A DNA stretch of 64,000 nucleotides from the NCBI GenBank assembly GCA_964106645.2, contig OZ067044.1; one strand, given 5' to 3'. The position numbers and the translations under genes are program-made. Position 1 is the first letter of the stretch. Every line of letters starts with the position of its first letter. Below the pieces are notes generated by a model. The model was not told the DNA's origin. It did no database searches and saw only the letters and a program-made list of their open reading frames with translations. This document shows positions 36,398 to 47,041 of the stretch, piece after piece. This stretch comes from Podarcis pityusensis. Its lineage: Eukaryota.

Positions 36398-39074
36398 GTC
36401 TGTCCATGGCTTTCTTTCCATAAGCCTTCTGTGCATTTAGTAAAGACATGCAAGGCTTCAAAAGCAGGAAGACCTACTAGGCACCCTTTTGAGTACCTGG
36501 CACCTCAAGCTTTAGAAGTTTAGAAATTGCAAATTGCCATTCCTATGTATGTAGAACTTCCGTTTATGAAGCCTTTGTCCTTCTTGTGCTTCTGCTATAG
36601 CTTTTTCCTGTTTGATCTCCTGGATTTGCTGCCATTTCCTCCACCCGATCCTAGCCTGTTGCCTTTTGTGCTTTGCGGATGACTTTTGTAACTACCAATA
36701 CACCGCTGCTGCAAGTTCTTACTTTGAATTGTCCTCTTTTTGTTACACCTCCTCATAAAGAAAAATAACGAAAGACTTCTGAAGGAGATGTTTTGTCAGT
36801 GCTGCTGAAAATATTTTTGCCCCCCTTCCTTCCCACCCCCCTATTTGAATCAGCCCTCCTTGGAATAACATTTGCCAGTGTGCCTCTGGTCTTGAGCTCT
36901 GTGTTGCAGCTGCTGCAAGTGGCTGCTAGAGGTTGCTGTTTGCACGCAGAAGGAGGCTCTTTCAAACCAAGCAGCTGGATGCCACGCTTAACTTGCTAGC
37001 TGTTGACTTAATAATCAGGGTTGCTAGTCAGTTAAATAATTTTGGCTGATTGGTTGGATAAAAGGCAGGTGATTAATTAACTACAGTTAAGTAAAATCTG
37101 CATTATGTCCAAAACGGAAGGTGGGTGCCTTTTGAGATTTTTCAGGTTGTTTTCTTCAGCAGTGTTTGCATGGCCAGTAAAGTTCAAGGCTCTTCATCAC
37201 AGGGGAGGCATCCTTGAGTAGAAAAGACTCCCTGTTTCAGATGTTGCAGATGCAGGGAACCTTTATCAGCCAGAGCACAGAGAAATGAAAAGAGCAGAGC
37301 AGCCTTAGAGAGGGGTAGGAAGGCAGGGGCCTTCAGTCCTTGCAACTGCCTCATTGGGGCAAGACTTACTGGGAAGAGTTTTTAGGATCACTAGGCCTGC
37401 GCTGCTTTGGTTTCTTTGAATAAAGAGTTAACTGCACCGGCACCTTGTTTTTTTATTGCTCTTGACACTCCCCCCCCCCTCCAAATAACATCACAGCGGG
37501 CACCCAGTATTTAAAACAGCAGAAATAAATAAAAGCAATTAAAAGCTATCAATAAAAGAGTTAAGAAATAACAAAGCAACTGTAAAACAGTAAATAACAA
37601 AGCGGCTATAAAATAACCATAAAATCTTAGCTGCAGCAGCGTAAATCAATTTCTCGTTCAACGCCTGTGCAAATAGCCACTCTGTAAAATAGGTGCCAGG
37701 TGAGTAGCTTCAATGAAAGGCCCTTTGCTTTGTCCTCAGCTGCCTTACCAATGGGGGATGGGCGTGGGGCTGGAGTTAGCTCTGCCATTGTCTGGAGAGT
37801 CCGATTGAATGGAAGGCTGAAAGTGTCGCTCCATCTATTATTAGTGATGCTTCTAATTATCCTTAGGTCTGAGGGTGTGTCACAACAATGCATCCGAGAC
37901 CAAACAGGAATCATACATCCAGGCAGAAGGAGGGCACCCCATTTTGGTCCAAGAAGAAGGAGAGGATGAGGTGCTGTCTTTATGCCAACCACTCTTAAGC
38001 ATTCATCTGACCCCTGATGGCAGAGAGTTGCTTGGTGTAGCAGAGGGAGTCTCTGAGATTTTGCCCCACAGTTTGAGAACCGAGGTACAGCTTTGTGTGT
38101 AGCGAGGAGCCCAGTCTATTTCCTCCTGCTGTGGAATGCAGCACTTGCAAGAACAGGGCATTGTAAGGAAATTAACAGTGAGATCCTACATGTTTACTCA
38201 CAAGTAAGTCTCACTGCATCCAGTGGTGCTTACTCCTTACTAAGAATGTTTAGAATTGCAGCCCTAGGAGGGTGTGTTTTGACTGGTACAATGACAACAG
38301 TTGATTATTTTTTATTTTCACAATGCTTTTGTGTCAAATAAACTGGTCCTGAAATAAATTAGATTTTAGGTTGGTAGGAGAAGTTTGTGTGCAGCAGGCT
38401 GAATAATTCCACTGTCGTTCCGCTCATGGTGTACCTGCATACTTAGCCGATTAACAGCTTCTTTGATTCTCTGCATATTTTATTCATTGTCTAATTAATT
38501 GCTCTGTTGACTTCCCCTCCTAGTTAATTACCCACAGCCTCCTCATCAATTCCATTCATGCTTAATTTGGAATATTGTTTATTTGATTCTTTGCCCTTAA
38601 GTGGCTGTTTCTGTTATTGTCCTGTTGATTCCCAGCCTAATTATCAACTGATTTATCAATTACCCGTTGCATATTTGTTCAGCTGCTACGGGGATCGGTG
38701 GAAGCCTTATTATTATTAGTAATTATTTATACAGTGTGCTGTGTGATTTCCCTCTCCAGTTCCATTCATCCTTGCAACCAATATGAGAAGCTGTTCATTA
38801 TCATTCTGACTTTACGGGCAGGGAATCGGTTTGCAAGCGTGAAGTTCGCTCAACTAAACCACAGTACATTATAGCACCAAACTTCTTGGCACATGTAAGA
38901 TAAGTGTTGTTAAATCCGAGCTAGGTAGATCAGATCTGCAAGCTTTCTTCTTCATCTTCTGCAAAAAAATGACTATATTGAGAATAAACAGAATAGAATA
39001 AAACCCTTTAAAGCATGCATGAGGATCACATGTCCTGACAGATAAACCCCAGCATGGCCCAAGGATCAGGATGG

Positions 39075-39630
39075 AGCTTAATGGCTTCGGTCCTGTATAC
39101 CTGAAGGAGGATCTCCTCTCCAATTATTCAACCTGGACACTGAGGTCCAACTCTGAGTGCCTTCTGGTGCTTCCCTTATTGCAAGAAGTAAAGTTACAGG
39201 GAACTAGGCAGAGGGTCTCCTTGGTAGTGGTGCCTCACCTGTGGAATGCCCTCCCGTTAGATTTCAGAGAGATAAACAATTATATGTCTTCCCGACAATT
39301 GAAGTTTTTTTATTTTATTTTTTTATTTTTATTGGATTATGATTTGATATGCTAATTGGATGTTTTTATTGGAAAATTAATAAATGCTCTAATAAAACAA
39401 CAACAATTATATGACTTCCCAAATACAGGGAAGCTACAGGTGCTGTATTTCCCAAATACAGGTGCTACAGGAAGGAATTTTTTTATTATGACTTCCCAAA
39501 GACATCTTAAGGCAGCCCTGTACAGGGAAGGTTTTAATGTTTGGTGTTTTACTGTGGTTTTATAACTTGTTGGAAGCCTGCCAGATTGGCTTGGGCAACC
39601 CAGTCAGATCGGGGCCTTAATAATAATAAT
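39075..39630 (+). mobile_element. L2 3' end with internal AT-rich insertion
   Basis: GPVYLKE...KLQGTRQR...LWNALP; (TAA)n tail. Confidence 0.8.
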
Positions 39631-41039
39631 AATATAAACATCTGGAAGGCCACATGTTCTCTTGTCTATGCTTGAGAGAGCGGGCAGCTCTTCCTGACTA
39701 CCGTCAGCTTTGGATGTTGCAAAGGAGCATGCGCTGGGTCCAGTGGGCGCGGGGACAGCCAGAAGGGTTGCTGTTTTTCATTTCATTTTCTGCAGTTTTT
39801 GGTGCTCTGCAGAAATGCAGGAACCGTTAAAGGGCTGGGACTCTTGCCAAGCGATCTAAGCAAGACAGGTACAGGAGAGAGAACAAAACGTTGGCAAAAG
39901 GGAGTCAGCCTATATTCAACTTCTGCATATCCAGCTGGCCCTGCCTACCTACCCCAACTTCCCCCGAACCTTCTACTGGGGTTTCTCACTTCTTCCAGCC
40001 ACCTCCCACTAGTAACTGCCTCGCCACCCTGTCCAATTGTGACATCACAGGAAGTTTGTAGCCCGTGGCAACTGCTTAGGGATGCATCTGCACAGCCTCG
40101 CATCCTGGTACTGGAAAGGGGAAGGTCATGAACGTTACTTAGATGTATTTAGAAATACCTTGATTTAGAAGGTAGAAGATGGCTTGCTTATGCTCTGCTG
40201 TCCCCTTCATTGCTGCTTTCGGGGAAAGCCTCGTTGGCTTGTGACATCCATGAAAGGCAAACACAGATACGGTGAGGGGATTGGCCCTCATTCAACAGTT
40301 ATCATCCAGCCACCTCCACTGGCCAGTCTGTCAACCTCCGCTGGCTTCCATCCATGAATATCCAGTGGTTCATTCGCCCAGAACCTGGAGGGCAGCCTAC
40401 ACCGCTATCTGAACATGCAATTCCCAGGCATACCGTGTCTGGTGGGTGACCTATGTCCACACTCTCCATTCATACTTACCTCAGCATCAACCCACAAATA
40501 TCCACACAGCTTTTGTCAGTGGTCTTCTGAAGGTGAATTTCAACCAGCTTACGTTCACAAACTTCAGCCTCCTTCAGCCCTGCAGCATCCCGGGCTTCCA
40601 CATGCTAATCACAGCTTCTGCCAGGTCCATTGGCAGCTTCCAACCATGGATATCTGCCGCTTTTAAGCCGCGGTCCTGCTCAGCAGGTACACTTACGTAC
40701 TCGTTGCTCCACAGCATCTCATTGATGGATGATGGCCTCCTTCCATTTGCCACTGCCTCCATGCGGAAGGAGACCACCAAGTACTGAATAACACAGCTGT
40801 TGTCCACTGTGTCCTCTTCAAGCTTTTGCCTTGGGCTTTCTCCTTGGGTTGCTTTTGTATATCCACTGAGCTTCCATGTGCTTTTGTGACATCACAGGAT
40901 ATCCACAGCCAATAGCAGCAGCTGGAGAGGCATCATCATCATGACCTCCTCAGGCCTCACAATGGTGTGTGGAGCTCAGCAGCCATTTCCCCGTTGCTTG
41001 TTTGCTGTGTACAGCTCACTCCTTATCTGTAATGACACC

Positions 41040-41500
41040 AGAGAAAGGCATGCCATGAATCCACCTTCCCATTTTGATTCTCTGGTGCCCTATCTGCATA
41101 ACCTGGCAACCCCAAAATATAGATGCCCTTTTACTCTTGCAAGGTTGAATGTATTGCCCTCGGCTGTACTTGAGGGACAATTCTACCAGATTCCACACGA
41201 AAAACGCTTATGTCCCTGTGGAGATAACAGCACCGAATCGGTGGTGCATGCCCTTCTGGCTTGCACTCTTTATAAAGACTTGAGGAATGAGATTATCACC
41301 CCTCTTTTATTGCCCATTCCGGGTCGCCCAACCACTGCCACAGATGAGCAGGTGACAGCAAAGGTTGCAGGGCTTTTAGCTGGGGCAATCAGAATAAGAT
41401 CCACTATTTGACTGTGTTTTATATAATCAACTTTTTATTTCTGTTTTGTGTATATTGCAATGTTCTTTTGTTGCTATGGCCTATGGCTGATGCAAATAAA
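41040..41500 (+). mobile_element. RTE-X-like LINE 3' end
   Basis: FTLARLNVLPSAVLEG...RLCPCG...ESVVHALLAC C-terminal CCHC motif, then 3' UTR with AATAAA. Confidence 0.7.
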
Positions 41501-42329
41501 GTATCATGCTTTAATTTTAAGGATGCCTGATTGCATGCGAGTGCAGCATGTCAAGTATGGAAAGTAAAACCGATATATTTTGTTGTTTGAGGTAGAACAG
41601 AAAGTGGTTGAGTCCACCACTGCAGTATCCCAAGGCCAGCAGAGCTATTTTGCTACCCAAGCAGATGATCCTACGATCATATCACCCTGGGAGTAAAAAT
41701 ACAATAATAATGAAGGGTGACATCCAATATTGTGTGATCTGGTTTGTTTTTGTGCAGCAGCCCCTCCCTCTTTCCTGGCTGCAGTCATGCTCCTAAAATC
41801 TATTTTAGGGTGTTGGGAGGGGTCCTTCTGGAGCAGATTTTGGGTACGTATGTAGCTACAGGGAGAAGGAAAGCAGACATCTGTAGTGCAAGCGGGCAGT
41901 CATAATCAGGTAGCAACCTAATCAATTAACTAACAATCTGCTTGTTTTTCTTGTTGCCCAAATTCAGCCACTTGAGACACGTGCCTTACACTGCCAAACA
42001 GTAAGGCCGGTCCGGAAAGCATATTTTCCCCCTTGCCATCATAGAGAGATAAGAGCCAAAAGAGCGTAGATTACGCTCATGATCCAATAGCATGAGATGA
42101 CCAACTTTTATGTGTTCCGTGGGCATAGCATTATATGAATAGTGCGTGGTGTAGTGAAATACAGTACTGGGATGTTCATCACCATTTCAACTGCTCTGAG
42201 AGGTGCTGCTTACCTACAGGAAGAGTACAAAGCACACTCCTGCAAGGCACACCATGTGCACCATGTGCCATTAATCTAGATACCTTTTTTATTCCTTTCT
42301 ATTGGCAGTAGGACCCTGCATGCCTCCGA

Positions 42330-42884
42330 TGTCAGCATCGCCCTAGAGCCAGTGCACCAACTGGACTCTTGCACCTCAACCCCGACTGGGCTAGGCGAGC
42401 TGGGTAGCACCGCCAGAGACCTCCTTCTCACAGGAAACGGTCACAGTGCTGTGGACTCACAGCTCAGAGCTGAGAGCACCGGATTCACTGTCTCAATAAT
42501 ACAGTCGTTGCGCAGCAGAGTTTTGCAGAGTCTTGCAGAGTATAAACCACTCGGAGAGCAGCTCTGTAAAATATCTTCCTTTTATTCTATAACTACAACT
42601 ATGATACAAAGCTATATACAGAGCTGAATATTCTAAGCATAAATCAATGCTACACTGAGAGTCTGAAGCTGCTCTTAGCAGCAATCTTATCTCTAGGATC
42701 TCTAACACTCTCACTCTCTCCGATACACTGACTGACTGACTCTCTCTCTCACACACACACAGATATGTTGCTGGGCAGAATAAGTAGATAGGCAGGACAC
42801 GCCTCCTTCTCTCTGGAGAGTCAGCAGAGACCATCAGGAGATGATCAGGAGATTCTTGTGTATGGGAGGGGTGAAATCTCCTCA
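42330..42884 (-). repeat. 3' LTR of copia element (555 bp)
   Basis: Preceded on the - strand by PPT GAAATGGGGGAGGA (42885-42898); - strand TATATA (42613-42618) and AATAAA (42581-42586). Confidence 0.95.
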
Positions 42885-43161
42885 TCCTCCCCCATTTCAT
42901 CCGACCATTTCAAGAATCTTTAACATAACTGCAATTTGCACATACACTCCAAAAGTTGTTCTCTGCTTACAACCTTGGTTAACATATCTGCAGGTATCTC
43001 TCTCCCGGCATATAAAACACTTTTACAATACCATTGAATAAGCAGCTTCTGGAAAAATCTTCACACACATTTCTTCCTTTCAAATACAAATTGACATTTC
43101 TAATTAGGCAGATTTGAACAAACCATTTTTCAGAACTCAAATACACGCTTTCCTTCAAATA

Positions 43162-45699
43162 TCAGGTAAGGAAATAAATAAAGCGTTTTGTGCTACTACT
43201 CTCAGCACACTTCATGCTAGGTTTGAAAACCCCACCAGAGTTGCTCGTGACCGCAGCCTTTGCAAACTCTTCAGAAAACCTTTTCGGTGGTACACCCTTG
43301 GTTGTTCTCTCGGACCTGCGCAGAACTCTTTGATCCTCTTGTTCTGGTGCTTCCTCCTCTTTGGGAGAATGGGGAGCTAAAGTATATGAAGCTGCTAAGT
43401 CTGAGTCAGCGTCAGACTCACCTGAGGCTTTTGGGCTCTGATAATCTGTGCCATCATCTGGAACTACATTGGCATCAGGATTATCACCACCAACAACACT
43501 TGCCTCCCTCTTAACTTTCTTTGCCCCTTTTGCACCATCATCACAAATGGGATGATACTGAAAAACGCCAACTCTGTCCCATTGTGGATTGTCATCAATA
43601 CTCCTGGTCAGCCTTATGGTTTTCGTGTCTGTGATCAGAACACGATAAGACCCTTTCTCATATCCTAGGAAAATACCATGTTCTCCACGCTTGCTCAGTT
43701 TGTCACCCTGTGAGGTGTGCACCCAAACCTCCGAACCAAAAATTTTAAAATGCTTTACACATGGCTTTCTTCCGTGAAGCATCTCATATGGGGTGCAATT
43801 TACACTAGACTGGTATCTCCTGTTATACACATGACAGAAAAACGAAAGAGCTTCAGCCCAATAGGGATTGGGTAACCCCGAATCATGTAACAGCGTTCTG
43901 ATTCCTTGCTGCAGAGTCTGGTTTACTCTCTCACATAAACCATTCTGCCAGGGTGATCTGGGCGTGGCTGTCCTATGCTCAATGCCCTGTTCAGAAAGAA
44001 AACTCTCAAACTCTTCTGAACAAAACTCTCCACCCTTGTCTGTGAAAAGAAAACGTACATTCTCATTATGTACATTTCTGAGCCATTTACAAAACTGGCG
44101 AAACTTGGTAAAGGCTTCAGCCTTTTTCTGCAGCATATAGACCCAAACATATTTCGAATAGGAGTCTATCAGAACCATGAAAAACCTTGAATTGCCTCTA
44201 GAGAGCGCTAGAGGCCCCACTAAGTCTGCATGAATGACTTCATATGGTTTCTTGGCCTCTCTCCCAGACTCTGTACCTTTGGGAGCTTGCCTTGCCTTAC
44301 TCTCTGCACAAGAAACACATTTCATGTGGTAGGGACATTCTTTCAACTTCATACCCTGAACCATATCAGGCATTTTTGCCACAGCCTGGAAATTCAGATG
44401 ACCATAAACGCGATGGTAATAATGAATACATTGGTCATGCAACTTCTCATTCTTATCCACAGACAAATTGCAACACTCTTTCTCAGTTGCTTCTGCAGTG
44501 CCTGTACCTGAAACAAAAGGCAATTGGTACAAACCATTTACACATTTTGCATACAGAATGAGCTTGCCATCTCTAAGAATTTCACAGCGAGATTTAGCAA
44601 ACACCACCTTAAACCCTTGACGATCAAGCTGGGAAACACTCAACAAATTGTCCTGAATATCAGGCGCATACAGGACATTCTTAATAGTTGCATTCAGGCT
44701 CTTTAAGAACACAGTTCCCTGAGCCATACTCGTGAGAACTGTCCCATCTGCTTGATGAATTTCTTTCTCTTGCTTCTCAAGCTGAACAAAGAGATTCTTA
44801 TCTTTGGCCACGTGGTTTGAACAGCCAGAGTCGACCACGAAGAAACTCCGCCCACGTTGACTGGAACAGCGAGAGATCAAGGCCTTTGAAGTAGCAGGTG
44901 CATGGGGATTTCGTCCTCCTCCCCCTCTGCCTCTGAAGTTTCCCTTCTTCTTTGAAGACTTCTTACACTGGAAACTCAAATGGCCTTGTGCTCCACATGA
45001 AAAGCACCGCTTCAATTTCAAAGCTTTAACAGCAGCAGTTTCACTTTCACTTTCCCCTGCTGAAGACTCAGGCACATTTTCAAGCATATTTTTAACAGCA
45101 CAGTACCGGCTTTCTTTAACAGCCTGTCTGCGATCCCACTCATTCAAGAGCACGCTAGACACATAATCTTCTGTTAGCCGGTCAGAAGGCATTGTGGAAA
45201 TCTGGGCAGCCACTCCATCATAAGACTCATCTAGGCTATTGATCATCAGCATTGCAAACACAGCCTCTGAAATAGCCAGGTCTCGCTGAACAAGGTCCTG
45301 TCTGAGACGCTTTAATTGAGATAGATGGCTAGGCAAATCACCACCTTTCTCCAACTGCAGCCTGCACAGCTTCTTAAAGAAAATCACACTGGAACCAGCA
45401 TTTTGTCTAAGATGCATATCTCTCAACTTATGCCAAACAGCTTGTGCAGTCTCTTGACCCTCTAAGTTCACCAGCAAGTGGTCTGAAACACTCAAAATAA
45501 TTGTCCCTCGGGCTTTCATATCTGCAGCATGCCATTCAGCCCAATCATCATCATCCTTATCTGGAGGGTCATCTTCTATCGTGTGAAATAGCTTTTCCCT
45601 CTGTAAAAGCGCTTTCATCTTTACTTGCCAAACTGCATAGGTTTCAGGCGTGAGGAGAGGAAAGGACAGAGCCATCTGGCCAGAATGTGCACAGGCCAT
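43162..45699 (-). CDS. copia Gag-protease-integrase polyprotein, 845 aa, lacking RT/RNase H
   Basis: Gag N-terminus YAVWQVKMKALL, CCHC knuckle CFSCGAQGHLSFQC, protease VVDSGCSNH, HHCC (HRVYGH...CVSC), integrase IHADLVGP / TDKGGEF / QNGLCE with D(35)E spacing, GIFLGY, RRSERTTKG; stops before any RT motif. Confidence 0.93.
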   Translation of the reverse strand: MACAHSGQMALSFPLLTPETYAVWQVKMKALLQREKLFHTIEDDPPDKDDDDWAEWHAADMKARGTIILSVSDHLLVNLEGQETAQAVWHKLRDMHLRQNAGSSVIFFKKLCRLQLEKGGDLPSHLSQLKRLRQDLVQRDLAISEAVFAMLMINSLDESYDGVAAQISTMPSDRLTEDYVSSVLLNEWDRRQAVKESRYCAVKNMLENVPESSAGESESETAAVKALKLKRCFSCGAQGHLSFQCKKSSKKKGNFRGRGGGGRNPHAPATSKALISRCSSQRGRSFFVVDSGCSNHVAKDKNLFVQLEKQEKEIHQADGTVLTSMAQGTVFLKSLNATIKNVLYAPDIQDNLLSVSQLDRQGFKVVFAKSRCEILRDGKLILYAKCVNGLYQLPFVSGTGTAEATEKECCNLSVDKNEKLHDQCIHYYHRVYGHLNFQAVAKMPDMVQGMKLKECPYHMKCVSCAESKARQAPKGTESGREAKKPYEVIHADLVGPLALSRGNSRFFMVLIDSYSKYVWVYMLQKKAEAFTKFRQFCKWLRNVHNENVRFLFTDKGGEFCSEEFESFLSEQGIEHRTATPRSPWQNGLCERVNQTLQQGIRTLLHDSGLPNPYWAEALSFFCHVYNRRYQSSVNCTPYEMLHGRKPCVKHFKIFGSEVWVHTSQGDKLSKRGEHGIFLGYEKGSYRVLITDTKTIRLTRSIDDNPQWDRVGVFQYHPICDDGAKGAKKVKREASVVGGDNPDANVVPDDGTDYQSPKASGESDADSDLAASYTLAPHSPKEEEAPEQEDQRVLRRSERTTKGVPPKRFSEEFAKAAVTSNSGGVFKPSMKCAESSSTKRFIYFLT

Positions 45700-46051
45700 G
45701 TCTGCTATTACTTAGAGCAAGACACTTCCCTCGTGCAACACAGATAAAGCCTTGACTCCCTCAGCCACTCTCTCTCCCACTCAGAGCGCAATTAACAGGC
45801 AAACAGGGATGCTATCTTCTTTCTTTGGCAGTCAGCAACATACCTCCATAAATCAAGCAGCAGCAACAGCAACAGCGGCAGCTTGAACACTCTGCTCCAA
45901 AACAGCTCTGCTTCTGGGCACCGCAAATCAGTCCAGCATGCAGCGTCCGTTCCACCGTCCGGCAATCAGCAACAGAAACCTCTGGCGACTGGGACGCCTG
46001 GGACGCCTGGGATGACTGGAACAACGCCAGGTCAGACGACTGGAACAACGA

Positions 46052-46065
46052 CTGGGCCCATAACC
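46052..46065 (-). promoter_or_regulatory. Primer binding site complementary to the anticodon arm of initiator tRNA-Met (half-tRNA priming)
   Basis: + strand CTGGGCCCATAACC equals the internal anticodon-arm sequence of tRNAiMet; same PBS type as Drosophila copia. Confidence 0.9.
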
Positions 46066-46067
46066 GA

Positions 46068-46626
46068 TGTCAGCATCGCCCTAGAGCCAGTGCACCAACT
46101 GGACTCTTGCACCTCAACCCCGACTGGGCTAGGCGAGCTGGGTAGCACCGCCAGAGACCTCCTTCTCACAGGAAACGGTCACAGTGCTGTGGACTCACAG
46201 CTCAGAGCTGAGAGCACCGGATTCACTGTCTCAATAATACAGTCGTTGCGCAGCAGAGTTTTGCAGAGTCTTGCAGAGTATAAACCACTCGGAGAGCAGC
46301 TCTGTAAAATATCTTCCTTTTATTCTATAACTACAACTATGATACAAAGCTATATACAGAACTGAATATTCTAAGCATAAATCAATGCTACACTGAGAGT
46401 CTGCAGCTGCTCTTAGCAGCAATCTTATCTCTAGGATCTCTAACACTCTCACTCTCTCCGATACACTGACTGACTGACTCTCTCTCTCTCTCACACACAC
46501 ACAGATATGTTGCTGGGCAGAATAAGTAGATAGGCAGGACACGCCTCCTTCTCTCTGGAGAGTCAGCAGAGACCATCAGGAGATGATCAGGAGATTCTTG
46601 TGTATGGGAGGGGTGAAATCTCCTCA
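46068..46626 (-). repeat. 5' LTR of copia element (559 bp)
   Basis: Direct repeat of 42330-42884; followed on the - strand by TC + GGTTATGGGCCCAG primer site. Confidence 0.95.
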
Positions 46627-46870
46627 TCCAGTTCCCACTGTTATGGAACTATCAGTGCAAGCAGAGTGACAGTGAAAAACTCTGGGCTTGTTGTACTTTT
46701 GGGGGGGGGGGGGATAGCAACCACTATGTATTGCTTCTCAGCGATCAAACCAAATTAACAACAAAAAAGATCTTGACTTGAATAATTTCATGGGTTTCCT
46801 TTTTTCAGATTAACTGTTAAAATGGGAAAAGAAGTTAATAACCCACCTTAATTTATGTTATATTTTCCAG

Positions 46871-47041
46871 GAAACAGATCCATCTTTATGTGCAAGCTCT
46901 GTAACTTATTTTCCCCGAACCAGTCACAACTGCTGTCTCATGTCTCCGAGCAGCATTCCGAAGAAGGGATTAAGGTGGATGACATCGTTATTCCTCTCAG
47001 ACCTCTTACGACGCCAGCAAATCTAAATAAAAACGGAGAAG
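46871..47041 (+). CDS. ZFAT: ZFAT coding exon 2 (first C2H2 finger)
   Basis: ttttccag acceptor, gtacgg donor, 171 nt; IFMCKLCNLFSPNQSQLLSHVSEQH...IPLRPL matches ZFAT. Confidence 0.95.

Larger units (their letters stand above)
42330..46626 (-). mobile_element. Ty1/copia LTR retrotransposon, internally deleted (no RT), in ZFAT intron 1, antisense
   Basis: Two TG...CA LTRs (42330-42884, 46068-46626), PBS, PPT, gag-PR-IN ORF in copia domain order; 4297 bp. Confidence 0.95.

Noticed and set aside
43162-45699. Domesticated host gene interpretation of the 845-aa ORF
   Set aside because: Flanked by near-identical LTRs, PBS and PPT, so a recent mobile insertion rather than an old exapted gene.
46809-46870. 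Alternative upstream acceptor and ATG before ZFAT exon 2
   Set aside because: The 62-nt extension shifts frame and the ATG at 46822 meets TAA after nine codons; no support.
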